DNA from: Marinobacter sp.
Lineage (GTDB): Bacteria > Pseudomonadota > Gammaproteobacteria > Pseudomonadales > Oleiphilaceae
Length of the DNA: 64,000 nucleotides
Reading direction: 5' to 3'
Assembly (NCBI GenBank): GCA_041594735.1
Contig: JBFHLR010000001.1
Location: 4,291 to 68,290, forward strand
In this document: piece after piece, positions 63,053 to 64,000 of the stretch
Layout of the letters: every line of letters begins with the position of its first letter
Numbering within the stretch: the first letter of the stretch is position 1
Program-made: the position numbers and the translations under genes
Notes under the pieces: model-generated
The model's input: the letters and a program-made list of their open reading frames with translations, nothing else
Databases searched by the model: none
What the model was told of the DNA's origin: nothing

Positions 63053-63358
63053 TCACCGTTTGGGCTTCATCACCGAATGAATAACGTGATCGTATTCGAA
63101 GTAAACCGTGAATTCCGGATAGTGCCATTGGGTAATAGGCGGCTCGCCAACCGGTCCGGAAATCTGCTGCGGGTTGCCGAAACTGTTTCGAACAGCGGTT
63201 TGACTCTGGCCAGTCCGGGGCAGGTTGTTATTGCCGCGTTCAGCCTGCGACATGATCGGAACCCGGACTTCCTCGGCAACCGCAGGGGTGGCCAGGGGGG
63301 TACTCAGCGCCAGAGCGCAGGCCAGGCCAATCAATCCGGAAGTTAGCTGTTTGCTCAT
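63053..63358 (-). CDS. small exported protein
   Basis: Signal peptide (AVA-EE) and P..G.....V...FG.P......VG.PPI..W.Y..FTVYFE motif. Confidence 0.8.
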   Translation of the reverse strand: MSKQLTSGLIGLACALALSTPLATPAVAEEVRVPIMSQAERGNNNLPRTGQSQTAVRNSFGNPQQISGPVGEPPITQWHYPEFTVYFEYDHVIHSVMKPKR

Positions 63359-63407
63359 GGGGGCGATACTCCTGCAGTTTTTTTGTGTTGTTCGCTTTCG
63401 GGCGATT

Positions 63408-63983
63408 TTAGTTTTTCTTGCGCTGCCGCACCTGCCATTTCATCACATGCCGGGCAATCTGTTGCCGGTCACTGTCGTGAATGGAGGTGAATTGCGTGCG
63501 GACGTGGCTGCCGCCATGGCGGTCGGGTATGGCATCGATCACATCGGCCACGGCTTGCGGTCTGAACAGTTCAGGTGGCAGGGTCATTCTGACCGCCAAC
63601 CGATCGCCGGCCTGGTAGGCGTCGCAGGCGGTGGTAAAGGCAATGCCGCCCTCGCTAAGAGTAACATCTTGCCATTGCTCCTGTTGCAACGGATTTTGTT
63701 CAAAGGCCATAATGCGCGCCAGCGTATCGAGCTTCCCATTCAGGGATTTGATCAGGGTAGTCAGCAATCGATCCCGTTCGGCAAGACTTGCCAGGTGAAG
63801 CCGAATGTCCTGGTCCAGTCGTCGCAGTTCGTCCCTGAGGCCGTTCAGGTGCCCTTCATTGAACGGGTCGTTGAGGCCGGAATGTCCAGGCTCCAACTTC
63901 CGAATCTCCAGACCGATTCGGTCTTGAATGCGGAAATAGTCTCGTCGGTCAGGTAGTGACCCGTTGGACGGGGCTTCAGCCAT
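63408..63983 (-). CDS. PilZ domain protein (c-di-GMP receptor)
   Basis: RRDYFRI (RxxxR) and LSEGG motifs separated by a coiled coil. Confidence 0.88.
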   Translation of the reverse strand: MAEAPSNGSLPDRRDYFRIQDRIGLEIRKLEPGHSGLNDPFNEGHLNGLRDELRRLDQDIRLHLASLAERDRLLTTLIKSLNGKLDTLARIMAFEQNPLQQEQWQDVTLSEGGIAFTTACDAYQAGDRLAVRMTLPPELFRPQAVADVIDAIPDRHGGSHVRTQFTSIHDSDRQQIARHVMKWQVRQRKKN

Positions 63984-64000
63984 GATCGCTCCACGTTTTT

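Overview
A gene-dense 64 kb chromosomal window from a GC-rich marine gammaproteobacterium. Gene order and protein sequences suggest Marinobacter or a close relative (inference). Most of it is core genome: formaldehyde detoxification (LysR-frmA-fghA), ttcA, the complete cbb3 oxidase locus (ccoNOQP-ccoGHIS-DsbD_2), tusA, dsbD, epmC-rhlB-pdxB, htpX, alaA, gpx-ohrR/ospR, a hybrid histidine kinase, roxA-purB-hflD-mnmA-nudJ-rluE, icd, cspD, clpS-clpA, infA, bpt/ate-aat, trxB, a MoxR ATPase, aguB-aguA and a PilZ protein. I saw no tRNA, rRNA, CRISPR array or transposase. The less ordinary parts are as follows. (1) A four-gene Fap/Fil-like outer-membrane secretion or assembly operon (C39 peptidase, FapF-like barrel, FadL-like barrel, lipoprotein; 12313-16926) with no substrate gene beside it. 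(2) An accessory cluster of CelD/BcsL-type GNAT, 4-TM protein, exported caspase-fold peptidase with an EF-hand, and formyltransferase (7281-11213). (3) A membrane-anchored HEPN-motif protein overlapping a uracil-DNA glycosylase gene (2396-3578). (4) An 85 bp CTAG-flanked MITE-like palindrome. (5) A decayed 7TM-DISM sensor fragment. (6) A 53 aa gene missed by the ORF track. All family assignments come from motif recognition by eye, with no database search. Where I moved a start codon away from the ORF track, I used RBS position and known N-termini.
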